From the human T2T-CHM13v2.0 reference genome, Homo sapiens: 64,000 bases of DNA. Under the pieces are notes generated by a model. That model had not been told where the DNA came from. It searched no databases and was given only the letters and a program-made list of their open reading frames with translations. The stretch is from the NCBI RefSeq assembly GCF_009914755.1, contig NC_060941.1; one strand, written 5' to 3'. The position numbers were made by a program, and so were the translations under genes. Position 1 is the stretch's first letter, and every line of letters starts with the position of its first letter. Positions 32,441 to 51,761 of this stretch are shown here, piece by piece.

Positions 32441-32745
32441 TTTATTTTTATTTTATTTTATTTTTTGAGACAGAGTCTCGCTGTCGCCCAGGCTGGAGTG
32501 CAGTGGCACGATCTCGGCTCACTGCAAGCTCCACCCCCTGGGGGTTCACACCATTCTCCTGCCTCAGCCTCCCGAGTAGCTGGAACTACAGGTGCCCGCC
32601 ACCTTGCCCGGCTAATTTTTTGTATTTTTAGTAGAGATGGGGTTTCACCGTGTTAGCCAGGATGGTCTCGATCTCCTGACCTCGTGATCTGCCCGCCTCA
32701 GCCTCCCAAAGTGCTGGGATTACAGGCGTGACCACGGTGCCCGGC
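32441..32745 (-). mobile_element. AluY
   Basis: Y-diagnostic motifs; TSD tggtgtatg(t/c)ttattttta. Confidence 0.96.
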
Positions 32746-33641
32746 TGGTGTATGCTTATTTTTATATGTTGTTGGATTTGACTTGCTAATATTTGTTGAC
32801 GATTTTGGCATCTATGTCCATGAGATACTGGTACCTAGTTTTCTTTCCTTGTAATGACTGTTTAGTTTTGATATTAGGGTAATGCTGGTCTCATAGAATG
32901 CATTAGGAAGTAGTCTCTTTGCTTCTGTCTTGTGAAAGAGATTATGGGGAATTGGTGTAATTTCCTCCTCAAATGTTTGGTAGAGTTTGCCGGTGAATCA
33001 GCTGGGGCCTGATGCTTTCTGTTTTGGAAAGTTATTAATTATTGATTTAACTTATTTAATAGACATAGGCCTGTTCAGATTGTCTATTTCTTTTTGTGTG
33101 AGTTTTGGCAGATTATGTCTTTCAAGAAATCATTCCATTTCATCTTGATTATCAAATTTGTAGGCATAGAGTTGTTGTTAGTACTCCTTTATGATCTTTT
33201 TAATGTCCATAGGATCTGTAGTGATTCTCTTCATTCAATTCTGATATTAGTTATTTGTGCCCTTTCTCATTTTTTTCTTAGCCTGGCTAGAGGCTTGTTG
33301 ATTTTATTGAACTTTTAAAGAACAAGCTTTTGGTTTCATTGATTTTCTTTATTAATTTCCTGCTTTTTTTTACCCTTTCACTTAAATTTTACTAATACTC
33401 ATAGAATGTTCAAAGAAAGCAAAATGAAAAGAGCATTGAGAATTAGAAGTAACAGATGGTAAAGATACAAAAATATACAAAGAATCAGGACAGTGGTCAA
33501 GTATGAGGCAAGACAAAGATAAGTCTTAGAGGGGACGATCAGAAAATTCTTAATGCCTGTCCAAGGCCTAGTTATGAATCTTGATGATAATTCCTATTTT
33601 TTTCCAATTATTGTTATTAAAACTTATGACAAATGTTTTAT

Positions 33642-34188
33642 AAAGACTCCATGAAAAGCCTTCTAGAGCTGATAAATGACTTCAGTAAAGTTTCAGGATA
33701 TAAAATCAATGTACACAAATTAATAGCATTTATATATATCTCAGTAACATTCAAGCAGAGAGACAATTCAAGAATACCCATTCTCTTTCCAAAGCCATAA
33801 AAATAAAATACCTAGGAACACATCTAACAAAGGAGGTGAAAGATCTCTATAAGGAGAACTACAAAATACTGCTGAAAGAAATAACAGATAATATAAACAT
33901 AGGTAAAAACATCCCATGTTTATTGACTGGAAGAATCAATATGATTAAAATGTCCATACTGCCCAAAGCAATATACAGATTCAATATCATTCCTATCAAA
34001 CTACCAATATTACTTTTCACAGAATTAGAAAAAAATTCTAAAATTTATATGAAACAAAAAACGAGTCCCAATAGTCAAAGCAATTCTAAGTAAAAAGAGC
34101 AAAGCCAGAGGCATAATTGTACTTGACCTCAAACTATATTTCAAGGCTATCGTTACCAAAACAGCATGGTACTGGTACAAAAACAGAC
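33642..34188 (+). mobile_element. L1 ORF2 (RT region) fragment, L1PA15/L1PB-age, part of a TSD-flanked insert
   Basis: ORF 33836-34093 KDLYKENYKILLKEI...GRINMIKMSILPKAIYRFNIIPIKLP is L1 ORF2. Confidence 0.92.
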
Positions 34189-34239
34189 TTCCTGCTTTCA
34201 ATTTCATCTCTAATTTTATTATTTTTCTTCTTTTTCTTT

Positions 34240-34889
34240 TTTAAATTTAAAATTTTTTTAAATTCTATAGGTTATTGGGGAACAGGTGGTGTTTGATTAC
34301 ATAAGTTAAGTTCTTTAGTGGTGATTTGTGAGATTTTGGTGCACCCATCACCCAAGCAGTATACACTGCATGCTGTTTGTAGTCTTTTATCCCTCATCCC
34401 CTTCCCACCCTTTCCCCGAGTCCCCAAAGTCCATTGTGTTATTCTTATGCCTTTGCATCCCCATAGCTTAGCTCCCACTTATGAGTGAGAACATATGATG
34501 TATATTTTTCCATTCCTGAGTTAGTTCACTAAGAATAATAGTCTCCAATCTCATCCAGGTCACTGCGAATGCCATTAATTCATTTCTTTTTATAGCTGAG
34601 TAGTATTCCATCATATATATATACCACAGTTTCTTTATCCACTCGTTGATTGATGGGCATTTGGGTTGGTTCCATGTCTTTGCAATTGCGAATTGTGCTG
34701 CTATAAACATGCATGTGCAAGTATCTTTGGTATAATGACTTCTTTTCCTCTGGGTAGATATCCAGTAGTGGGATTGCTGGATCAAATGGTAGTTCTACTT
34801 TTAGTTCTTTAAGGAATCCCCACACTGTTTTCCATAGTGGTTGTACTAGTTTACATTCCCACCAGCAGTGTAGAAATGTTCCCTGTTCA
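34240..34889 (-). mobile_element. L1PB-like 3' end, 5' truncated
   Basis: ataggttattggggaacaggtggtgtttgattacat...gattttggtgcacccatcacccaagcagtatacactgca; ORF2 C-terminal peptide in ORF 34468-34785. Confidence 0.93.
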
Positions 34890-34894
34890 TTGCT

Positions 34895-35105
34895 GGTGCC
34901 CCTCCTCCACCTCAAGGCCAGCACTGGCAGGCCGAGTCCCTTCCTTCTCCTGCAGCCTCATCTCTGGCTTTCTCTTCTGATTCCCTCTTCCACCTTTAAG
35001 GACCCTTGAGATCAGGCCTACCTAGCTAATCCAGGGTAATCACCCCATTTTAAGGTCAGCTAGAACTGTGGATATCTTTAGAGAGCTATTATTCTGCCTA
35101 TGACG
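34895..35105 (-). mobile_element. MLT1 LTR fragment
   Basis: ccctcttccacctttaaggacccttgag...aatccagggtaatcaccccattttaaggtcagct...tattattctgccta. Confidence 0.7.
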
Positions 35106-35251
35106 GGGAATAACTATTACGTAGTGATATGGTTTGGGTCTGTGTCCCTGACTGAATCGCAGAGCAAACGGTAATCCCCAATGTTGGGGGTGGGGCCTGG
35201 TAGGAAGTGATTGGATATTGGGGGCAGATTTCCCCTTTGGTGCTGTTCTCA

Positions 35252-36453
<1,202 letters not shown>

Positions 36454-36699
36454 TTTTAAGTGTGTAGCACCTGCTTGCTCTCTCTTTTCCTCCTGAGCCA
36501 GCCATGTAGGACATATCTACTTCCCCTGTACCTTCTGCCATGATTGAAAGTTTCCTGGGACCTCCCCAGCCGTGATTCCTGTACAGCCTGTGAAACCATG
36601 AGCCAATTAAACCTCTTTTCTTTATAAAGTACCGAGTCTCAGGCATGTCTTTATAGCAATGTGAGAATGGACTAATAGACATAGGAAAGAGAAAAAGAC

Positions 36700-36945
36700 A
36701 AATATACACTTAGAAGAAATAAGACAAGGTATTTGATAGATCAGTAAGGTGACTATAGTCAACATCCATCCATTGTACATTTCAAAATAGCTAGAAGAGG
36801 ATAGTTCAAATGTTCTTAGCCTAAAGATAACTAAGTTAATGGATATTCCAATTACCCTAATTTGATTATATGAATGAATTAAATTATCATATGTACCCTG
36901 AAAATATGTACATCTAATATGTACCAATAAAAAATAAACTAAAGT
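36700..36945 (+). mobile_element. L1MA-like 3' end fragment
   Basis: tttgatagatcagtaaggtgactatagtcaac...gtacatttcaaaatagctagaagag...ccaattaccctaatttgattata. Confidence 0.8.
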
Positions 36946-36970
36946 AAGGAGTCACAATAAAAGAAAAAAG

Positions 36971-37262
<292 letters not shown>

Positions 37263-38000
37263 TCAAATGAAAACCATTTCTACCGCAGTTGAACCCAGAC
37301 AGTGAGAAGTGATGGAGTTTGGGAGGGAGGGTGCCACAAATAATGATGTCATTAGGAGAAGAGTGCACCTATCGGGGGTAACTTTAGCTGACACCCCTAG
37401 GGTTCTAGGGACCTGGTGCTTCTTCCGCCAACCCTAGTCAAGTCACTGGAAGTAATAAACCGTGCAGGGGCTTACCTACTGTGTCTCTTATGTAATCCTT
37501 CCTGACATTGCTGCTTAGAAGGAAATCCCAAGAATCAGGACCACAGACAGAATAGGGGAGTATCAGCAGCAGTAGCTATGCTCATGGTGACCTCAGAAAG
37601 AATTCTAAGCAGTCCACAACCCCTGGGACTTAGCCCCTTCTTCCTTTCCCTACAGTTACTGGAGTAGAAGTCACAAGAGGGTCTTAGTACAGAATGCTCC
37701 AGCTCAGAAAGAAGGTTCTCAAATCCTCAGTTGTTAATTTACCAATTCATTACAGGGCAACTCTCCTGTGCCCCAGTATAAGGCGTTTGATAGTGAGTGA
37801 GATGGTTTCCTGGCCTCACACAGCTCACAACTGAGTGGGGGGTTATAGGCAGTAAGTTAAATTACATGTCGGTGTGGCAGGTGCTGCACAACCAGTCACT
37901 GTAGAGTCTGTGGGAAGCGTGTTTACTAATCAGCCCAAGTTGTATCATTTGGAGTTGAATAAACAATGCCCATGTTTGTGTCCAAGAAAAGGCATACTTC

Positions 38001-38342
<342 letters not shown>

Positions 38343-40009
38343 TCAGGGCTCATTGCCTCTAATTACCTTTGTTCCCACCTGAGTGATATACCAGAGGCCA
38401 CCCACATTATTTTGATGCACAGCCCATTTCCAGGAACAAAACCCACTGGAGTTCAAGGTGGGGCAGGGTGTTCCTCACCATGGCACCTGTTTGTCCAGGG
38501 TCCCTGGGTTGTAGGGCAGCATCAGAGACCAAGGGCAGGAACCAGAATTTCTAAGCAGCAGCAGTGGCAGGTTCCCTGCTGGGATTTAGCTGGAGAACAA
38601 AGTAAGTTTGCATAATGAGTGTGAGAGCTGTAAAGAATAAACTGTGAAGTGCTGTGCAAATATTAGCTCTCCTGTCTCTTCCAGCTCTGGCCTTCCCTTA
38701 ACAGTGTGGCTGAAAGCCCTTTGTCTGAGGACAAGGACAGATAAGCTAGTTAGAGATGGCTGGAGTCCACAGAGCGGCACCAGGAGTCTCTGAACTTGAA
38801 CTTGGTCTGTCCTCCCTGGGGCCTCTTCTGACACACTCACTTGGGGGCAGAGAATCCAGGCCCAGTGAGAAGGCAGCAGAAAGAGGATGCAGAAAAATCA
38901 GCTGTCTTTGTCCTTGGGGTAACCAATTCACTGGGGTCTCCTTACTCGGCAGACAAGCCTTATTCCTTCAACAGCCCTGAAACCTTCAGAGGAGCTGAAA
39001 GTCAGAGGGAAATTAGAAATTAGGCCTCATCCCCACAGTGGGAACAGTCCGCTCGCAGTACGGCCTCCATATGGTTTAATAATTTGAGATTTCTCACACG
39101 TCTCAAGGGAAGGCTGGAGGGGTTTTGATGCTCTTCCTATGGGTTCCCAACGTGCATCTCTTCTCATCAATAAAAGATTGGGTTTACTCACTGTGGTAAG
39201 CCAAAAGTGAAAGACAGGTGCAGCTATATAATATTTCTCTTTAATTACTGCTTATGGAAAAAAAAAGCCAAGTATGGAAATTAATTATTCCATATTGTTA
39301 GAACAGGATGAACTACTTACTAATTTTAACTGTGGCTTTTGTGTAGAAGCTGTTGCTCAACATCTTATTAATTTGGGTAAATATTAACAAACAGTTTCTG
39401 CACCTCCTCCTCCACTACCCTCTACCCTCCCAACCCCATCCCATACAGTACATACTCCTGGGGGGTGTGGTTTGCCTGGGGTTCCTTTTTTCCTTCGTTG
39501 TATAGTGTTGGGCCCAGTTGCTACAAAGCTTCCTTTCAAGAAGAAAACCTTTTTGATATCAGGGCTGTTTTTCTGCCTCCCTCTGCTGTCTGTCAGGGTA
39601 CCCTGAGACTCATGTAGAAATGCAAGAAAATGCTTTTCTATTATTTATGCCCACTTTCACACCTAGCACATTTGTCCTCTCAGTTGGCAGACACCTGCTG
39701 TCTGAAAGGCACCCATGCTTCAGGCTAGTGACCCATGGGGCAGATTAACATGTACAAGATGGGTTGGGGAAGACTCCAAAGGCCTCACTGAGTGCGTCTT
39801 ATTGACTCATAAAGAATCTTTACTTGAAGCCTCAGCAACAGAGAAGAGGAAGGAAGGTGGTGGGGAGTGGCCTTAACACATTTTCACCGGGATTCATATG
39901 GTGGGGTTGAGGCTTCACCCAATCTACCTTAAGTTGCAGACAGAAAAGCACAAGCTCCCAAAAGCCTTTCTGCTGGAAGCTGATGGTAGTCTGGAGCTCT
40001 TGAAGCTCA

Positions 40010-40520
40010 TGTTCAGGCAATCTATTGCTGTAAGCAAAATATCCAAAACTTAGTGGCTTGAGACAAGTAACTAATTTACTATGTCTCATAATTGCATGGG
40101 TAAGGAATTAGGGCAGGGCTCAGCTGGGTGATTCTTCTGCTTCACCTGGGTTAGTTTGGCTTGGCCAAGACGACTTTGCTTATATGTCTGGCCTCTTGCT
40201 GGGGACATCTGGATGACTGAACTGAGCTGGGACTGTTGACCAGAGGATATACACATTGTCTCTTCAGAATAGTGGTTTCAGGGTAGCTGAACTTCTCACA
40301 CGATGGCCCAAGGCACCTCGAGAGAAGGCCCAGAGACCCAGGGAGATGATGCAAGGCTTCTTCTGATGTACCCTCAGTAGCCTTAGTACATCCATTCCAT
40401 GTCATCAGTTGGTTAAGCAGATCACTAAGCCCAGCCCAGATTTAAGAGGAGGGAGATTAGACCCCACCTGTCATGGGAGGAGTATCAAAGACCTTGTAGT
40501 CATCTTTAATCTACCCAGCA
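40010..40520 (-). mobile_element. MLT1 (H-like) LTR
   Basis: atctattgctgtaagcaaaatatccaaaacttagtggcttg...gggcagggctcagctgggtgattcttctgc...cccagcccagatttaagagg...catctttaatctacc. Confidence 0.85.
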
Positions 40521-40849
40521 TATGATTCTGCTCAGGGGCTTACCAAGTCTTGGAGAGCCAGGCGGTGATAGTAAGAGGTTCATAGTCTGATGGGTTTCAG
40601 TGTTGCCACTTAACAGTTTAACATTTGATTTTAATAACTGATCCTCAGATTCCTTATCCATGCAATAAAAAAAATAACTCCTACCTTATAGGAGTACTGA
40701 GAGCATTAAGTGAGATCACATATAAAAAGCCCAGACTAGGGTCTGGCATCCAGAAGGTACATTCTTCCTGGAGCTCTTGCTGTAAAGATGACTGCTCAAT
40801 GAGGATAATCATGTGGGAAGAATAAATGAGGTTGTACATGTTTATCAAA

Positions 40850-41088
40850 ATGTAGGTTTAGTCATGAAAAAATTTGAGTGACATTGTAAAAATAGAATAG
40901 AAAAGAAAGACCATAATTTAAAAACATCAAGGCTTATCAGTCTCATAAGGGTAGGTACGATTTTTTTGAAACTTCTTTTAGTTTTGTAAAAATATTTGTG
41001 TACTGGATCATGATGTAAAATGTATTGTTTTGTTCTTAAGATGTAGTTTTTACTGAGGTTCATGGTTGAAAACATTTGAAAGCTGCTG
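40850..41088 (-). mobile_element. MER119-like hAT-Charlie relic
   Basis: gtgtactggatcatgatgtaaaatgtatt...ttactgaggttcatggttgaaaacatttgaaagctgctg. Confidence 0.5.
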
Positions 41089-41599
41089 AGAAAATGAATA
41101 TGAAGTGCTTTTGCCAACTGTGTTAGTGAACTGTCATTCAAAAGTACAATTCTTATTCTGTTGGGTGTATCTGAGCACCCAGGGCTAGTGGAGATTAGGA
41201 GCAGCTTAGTAAATATGCTAAGTCCACCAGGATCCTGGCCTCAGGGATATTTGACTGTCAAAATCAACAAAGTAAAACTACCTGGCAAGCCCAGCATTTG
41301 TCCTGGTGCCACTTTTGAATGTCACACATAGCCCCGAAAATTGGATTGGTAGAAGGCAGCATTATAAAATCTCACTCATTCTGCCTGATCTTACTCTCTG
41401 CAGTGTCTTCAGGAAAAGGAGTGGTTTTCTCTCTCTGGACCTGAAGGTAGTTACAGAGAAGAAGGAGTTGAGTTGGATATGGATTTGGGGGAAGTGAGGA
41501 CAAAGACCATCAAAGTGGGCATGTCTGCTGAGGACTCCCACCTTTTCCCAATAATTGTTCCTCTCTGATTCCAGCCATGTGGTTCACATGGGAGCTGCC

Positions 41600-42050
41600 C
41601 TAGGTGACTCTACCTCTCATGCCATATATGACTGTGTTGGCAGTTGCCCCGAAATGGCAAATCAGAGTTCAGAGCTCTTTCCTGGGAGTGTTTTTTCCCC
41701 TCTCTCTCTCTCTTCAGTTTGGGGCCAAAGAAAGCGTCTATCAACGTTTCCAGTGGTGGGAGCCCTAAGAGGTAAAATTTGAGAGCTGTCAATGTCAAAA
41801 TTTCCCTGTGATGGAGGAAGCTTGTCTACAGGGAGAGAGAACAAAGCTGGCATGCCAAGAGAAGCATGGAGAGACAGCAGAGGTGCCAGGTCATGTGTGA
41901 GCTCCTGGATACACTTGTTCATGAGCCCAGCTGCACCCCTACCTTGGTTGCAGCATAGCTGTCCAACCTCAGAGTCCATGAGTCAATCCATCCCCTTTGG
42001 CCTGAGCTCATTGGAGATGGGTTTCTGTCCTTTGCATCCAAGAGTCTTTC
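41600..42050 (+). mobile_element. Old LTR relic (MLT1/LTR16-like)
   Basis: aaatcagagttcagagctctttcctggga...gagctcctggatacac...tccatgagtcaatccatcccc...gggtttctgtcctttgca. Confidence 0.5.
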
Positions 42051-43059
42051 ATAAACACTTAAATGGGAGCAACTTGGTGGGACCAGAAGAGACGACTCTG
42101 AACACAGTCATTTTTCTAGAGCCTGCATCAGGCTGGGAACAGAGGCTGCCACCTCCTGTCTCTCTCTTCCTGCCCAGGTATCTGCAGGGTGCACATCCCC
42201 AGAGCCAAGTGAAGCATCCAGGAGAGAAGCACCAGCCAATTCATTAGGCAGCTCACACACTCGCTCCTGATAGGAAGAGTTGAGGGCAACCAGCCCTCCC
42301 CCCACTTGAGTCCTCCAGGCCCCTCTGTAGTTAAATGCTATGATCTCCTTCACGCCAGGGGCTGCCACATCAGGAGGCTTGGATTAAGTGATTTGTCTCC
42401 CTCCAACACAGCTGCTCTCTGGTTCCTGTCTGACAAATGTGGTTCATTAGGGCTGACAAAGATGAATGTCCTTGTTTGTGGGAGTCTGCTAAGTGCTGTT
42501 CTCAGGGAGCCAGTGGACCTGGATCTGAAGAAAGGTATACATCACATTGGCGACCCAGCAGAGCCTCTCAGTCACAGGCTACAGTGGTGACATGAAGGCC
42601 AAGTACGAGCTACCTGCCATGAGTAGGTCCCACGAGAGCTTCCTGGTTGGGGTACAGTGAAATTTGGCAGCTGAAGACAGCTTCTATCATCGCCATCTGA
42701 GAGTCAACCTGTTTTTGAAAGTAGTTGCCCTGTGATGTACTTGCAACATACTCACCAGCCAACAGACACACATCTGGGCCACTAACATCTACTAAGCAAA
42801 TTCTATAGGCTGGATATGTAGGGGGAGGACTGAGAACCTGGGGGTGGTTGTTGTCAAGGGAGGCTGAAGCCTCAGAAACACAAAACGTGGGCATAGCCAG
42901 AGCACTTCAGCGGCAGCTACCATTTGGAACCAGAAACAGTGCGAGCAGCTGCTTCCTTCCTGTCCTGATCATTTACTTCAGTCAACAATTCCACGACTCT
43001 AGGAGCCCTGAAAAACTAAAGCAATCATTCTCAGCCTGGGCTGGGCAGCGAGACGCCTG

Positions 43060-43310
43060 CAGCTGTGGCTTCCAAAGATTTGGACCATTATCCACAGTGA
43101 GAAACATTGTATATCACAACCCAGGGCACACGTGTGTACACATAGGCACTTTCAACAGTTTTACCAAATACAGTGAAATTCACACTGGTATTCTTTATTC
43201 TATTTTCTTCTACTCAATTTCATCTTTTAAAAAATGCTGGTTGTAACCAATAAATGAAATTCCCTGATTGCTTATGGCTCATAACCCTTGGTTAAACAAC
43301 AACTCTGACT
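43060..43310 (+). mobile_element. MER119-like hAT-Charlie relic
   Basis: ttggaccattatccacagtgagaaacattgtatatcacaacccag...aaaaatgctggttgtaaccaataaatg. Confidence 0.5.
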
Positions 43311-43344
43311 AAATGGTGCTTTTAAAAAAATCCACATTAACCTT

Positions 43345-43830
43345 GTTAGGACAAGACCTCCTGAGAAGGGGTCCTATAATCTGAGACATACAGGATGGAC
43401 AATAGTTGGCCAAGCAAAGGGATGTGGAGGAGAAAGCATTTCAGGTAGAGGAGGCAGCATATGCAAATGTGCGACTGAGAGAGCCACATCTGCCATATGG
43501 AGAAGTGGAAAGTTCAGCTCAGCTGGGGCAAAAGTGTTGTGGGAGAGGGTGAGGGAGGGGTTGAGAGTCAGTGGTCCATCATAGAGGGCTTCACAAGACC
43601 AGGCGAAGAGTTTGGAATTGATGCTGAGGGCAGTGAGGGGTTCTTAAAGGATTTTAAGCAGACGAGCGATATGGTCAGATGAGTGCTTTCTGAAAGACCA
43701 CTCTGCTGCGTGGAGGATGGATTTGGGGTGTGGAAAACGGGATGGGGAGAGCAGTGAAGGCAAGGCTGGATGCGGGGAGATCAGGTGGCTGAGCCCTTGT
43801 GCACATGCGTGATGTGAATTAGAACTAGGT
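43345..43830 (-). mobile_element. L2 relic
   Basis: gcatttcaggtagaggaggcagcatatgcaaa...ggattttaagcagacgagcgatatggtcaga...aaagaccactctgctgcgtggaggatgg. Confidence 0.75.
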
Positions 43831-46569
43831 ACCCCCTGTGGGGAGACCGAGGCATGAAAAGAGCCTTTCTCGACAGATGCAGGGCTTGTCCAGGTCAGAC
43901 TTGTGTGGCTGGATTTCAGCCCCATTCACCCTCAGGCCTGGTGTCTCCAACAAGACATGACCCAAATGACTGTGGGTGGCAGCTCTGCTGGTTTGGAGGT
44001 AACAGCAAAGGCTCAGGAAAGAGACAATGATGGTGGGGATGATGGTAGGAAAGAACATGGGACATGCAAGAAATAATTATGATGGGAAGGCGAGCTGAGT
44101 GCCCTTGAGGGTTTCTTCTGGCCACAAGACTCTGGGATCCTCATCCACCTCTGCCCACCATCCTCAGTGTCCTGGCCTCTTGCTTCATCCTTGTTTGAGT
44201 AGCAGAGATACCTACAGCTGTGGCTTGTCCAGGGCTGAACTAACGTGCAGAGGCTGTGTAGTGAAGGGTGCTTAGGGAAAGATGTCTGCAGCCTGGGCCA
44301 CAGAGGGGAGGCAATGTCTTAGAGGCAGAACCTACCTCTTCTTGCTCCAAAGAAGGGAGTGGGAGGAGCAAAGGAGCAAAAGGAGCCCTCTTCCTACTTC
44401 ATGGTGAGAACTTGGAATCAGATCTGAATTGTGTGTTTTAAACCCGGCTGACTTTCAGATGCAGAAAGTGGCCAGCAAGTCAGGGGCTCTGCTGCTCAGC
44501 AAAGAGGAAGAGTCAAGGCACACAGCTGGACGGTGGCTGGAGAATGATACCTGTGTCTCAGGTTTGTCTCCCACCGAGGTGGGGCTGTGCAATAAACCCA
44601 AGTGGTCCCAGCTGTGGGTTTTTGCGCCCTCTGGCTTAACCTGAGCCCCACTCACCCTGCAGTGGGCTTTTATCTCCCATGGGTTGAGGTCATCGGGCAG
44701 AAATCTGTCCCCATTTTGGTCCCTCCCAGCCCTAAACAGGGAGGTCTAATGTTGCCCAGCAACTCTACCTAGACCAGGGTCAACTAAATTCAAGGAAAAG
44801 GAGTAGAAAGTCCTCTTTCTGCCTCTGGTCAGAGCCATGTTCTCCAATCCAACTTTACAAGGCAGCCCTGAACTTTGGGCAGTAGAGCAGAGGCTGTTTG
44901 AATAGTGCTTATTTCAATTTCTCAAATTGTTTAGAAGCCACAGGGACTATGGGTGTGGGTGTAGGTAAAGAACTAGGCTTCCTCAGCTTCAAACACATGC
45001 CATTAAACCTCTCTAAACTCCCCTATCCCCATTTTCTAGAATAGGATTCTAAGACTGCCCCGAGGCTTAGCTATAATGCCTATCATACATCGAGTGCAGT
45101 GCCTGGCTTGTGTGAATGGTATTTTGACGAATGGACTTCCTTTTTCAGATTGCTCAGGCTGACCTGTAGGTCCATGCCAATATTGGGCGCTTAAGCAGCT
45201 GAACAGGGAGGTCTGAGATGGGGAGAGCCAGGGGCTACCTCTCGGCCAGAGTCCATGGGGACAACAGGGGTGGAAAGCCACAGAAAGTACACAGCAAGAC
45301 CAACGACAGGGCAGCAATAGTAGTAACAGCTGGTATGCTCCTGGAACTCGGCTAAGTACTCCATGTGTACCTAATCCTTGCAATGAAGAATATTGCCCTC
45401 ATTAGGAAACTGACATCCAAAGAGAGAAACTTACCTACGTTTAGGCAACCAGTAAAAAGAGCCTGAAAGCAAAGCCATGGTTGCCTGGCTCCTAAGCCCA
45501 GTGGAAGCATGGATAAGAAACTACTCAGGGCCAAGAGAACACCAGGCTGGGGTGGACAGGTGGAGACTGAGCAGGACAGGGGTCCTGGACACTCCTGCGG
45601 ACCCCTGAGGGGTTCACACTTTACCTTTAGCGCTGGGGTGTGTACAAATCAAGCTGGCCCCAGCTGGGGGGAGTTACCTGAGGCTCCACCATGTTTGAGA
45701 AAGTAACTGATCATTCAAGGGCCCTGGTGTGGTTTCTGGAGGAGGCTCAGTGAGTGCTCCCCATTCGTGGCTTCCTGCACACACACCTCCCTCCCACCTT
45801 ATCCTGCACTAAAGATTTTTTCTTCTCGCTCCAATTTGTTTTTTTGCTTCTGTTTAAAATAAATTCCACAACACTGAATAACCTTCCCCCACAAGGTTGG
45901 AGTTAATCAGGCTGAATTTATTAAGATCTTTACAATTAAATGAGCTCATACCAGGAGGAGGAAAGTTACCTTATTATCCCATTTTAAGAGCTCAAATAAT
46001 TTCAGTCTCCAACTTTACTGTCGACCCCCAACTACTTCCATCGCGGTCGCCAATGACTTCAGAGGGCGCTGGACCACGGTCTTCTCCGTGCTTCCCATCC
46101 CTGATGTGGGGAGAAACGTGCTCAGACCAGTGAGTCACTGCAGAGGGAAACCAAGATGAGAAAGGGCGGGCAGTTCAGCATGGATGGAACCTGTTCTAGT
46201 TTTACAGGCAAAACTTGGGCGTGGGAGTCTACATCATGAAGAGACGATTCCTCCCAGGGGCTCATCCTCTGGGGTCAGTGTTGGCCTTGACTGGGTCCCT
46301 TCCTGCTCCAGTCCTTGGCCCCCAGCTCTTCTCTCCTCATAGCAGGGCCCTCTTGCCTGACACCTGCAAGATTAGACAGACCCAGACAAGTGGGGGTTTC
46401 AGTAGCCTGGAGGAAGGGACTCAGCCCAGAAGGAGCCCCGATGCTGGTCCCATCCTGACCTAGACCCCCTGCCTTGTTCCTGAGTGCCCGATCTTGATTT
46501 ACTGCATACTCTGGCACTCTGAGGTCTAGGATTCCTCTGTTTTGGTCTTGCCAGCTTTGCTCAACAGAA

Positions 46570-47226
<657 letters not shown>

Positions 47227-47899
47227 GGACCCATATGCCCACCACTGCTCCTAATAAGCTTCTGAGTTCTATCACCCATGTTCCTGGGTCACCATGTTCT
47301 GTCATGTTTAAATTCCTTCCCATTGCCTCCTCCTGGCTCTGCCTCTTCCTTACCAATTCCAATGACCAGTCCAGCCTCAGGGTTTTTTTTTTTTTCCTGT
47401 TCTAGGTGCTGAGCCCCCACAGTGAACTCCAGATTATACTGCCCTAACCTATACTGATATATTCAGGAGGTCCGCCCTCAGAGGCTTGTTCTGTGTCAAT
47501 GAGGGGCCCCGCATTGCCCCTGTGCACAGATATTTGTCTGCTAATCAGTGTTCAAAGCAACTGTCTAAAACCCTCAAGCCCTCCCTCAATTGTTGGCTCA
47601 CAGTTCTACTCTCATGAACCCCCTTGGGCCTTAGGAAGCACTAAGAACATGATGGAGGCAGCTGGCTCAGTTAAATGCTTGAATCCCTTCGAGGTTTCAT
47701 CCAGGCAGCACTGCTCATGAGTAGAAGGGTACAGCAATACAGTTGTGCGACCAGGTGGTGTCCAACTTACACTGACTTTAACGAATGTCAGGGACAGACA
47801 CCATGGGCATACCCAGAAACCCTTTGTTAATGACTTCGGCTCAATTAACCTTTCTGTGGAACTCACACTCTTTTCCTTCATAACTGTGTTATTTATCTT

Positions 47900-48269
<370 letters not shown>

Positions 48270-48647
48270 TGACTTTCCCCAAGATGGAATCAACTAGACA
48301 ACATTTATTGTTAGCTTCATATGTATGTGTGTTTTCCTTATTACAATGTTATTTTCCCTAGAGAGGGGTTCCACTGACAGGGCCATTAGGAAGTGGTAGA
48401 GAAATAATGGCAGGCTTTGTGAAATCTCTGCCAAACCCTGGACTCTTGGCTCAGCTCATGTTTTTGGTCCAAAGAATATAGATATTCTGCACTTTTTACC
48501 TCCTGGCTCTATGTTTCTCCACAATGTTTTAGAGATCTGCCCATGTTCTCTAGAGTTCATGATTGTGTAGACTGTCTTTCCGCTAACTACGCCTTACAAC
48601 TTCTCTTCTGGTCGGTTCCACTCACTTGATCCCCACCATTTTGCCCT

Positions 48648-51394
<2,747 letters not shown>

Positions 51395-51761
51395 GCCTGG
51401 GAGATAGCCCAAGTCTCTGGAATATAAGGCTAAAGAAAGTTTTAGAGGAGATGAGGTTGGAAGGGAAATTTGTTGTTGTTTCTTTGGCCTTATTTTGTTT
51501 CTTTACTTTCTCTTTTTTCTTACATCCCTGGATACTGAAATGAAAAGATATAATGAGACAGTATCCCTATAGCAGTTTGCTGGAAGTCAACACCCGAGAC
51601 AGGGATTCAGCGACTGTCCCCTGATCCCGTTCAACCCTCTGATGGGGAACCCGATGGTCAGGTCACTGCAATGGCCTTCTGTTTGGCCTGTGGCTTCAAC
51701 CCATAGTAATATCTCCTCCTTGCTTTAGTACAACCCAAAAGACATCTACTTTCTTTTAACT

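Noticed and set aside
40850-43310. Two oppositely oriented MER119-like relics as a possible inverted duplication
   Set aside because: Similarity is only at family level and highly diverged; independent insertions are simpler
39795-46140. Isolated AP-1 heptamers (about 39800, 41979, 46131)
   Set aside because: Frequency is what chance predicts and they are not clustered
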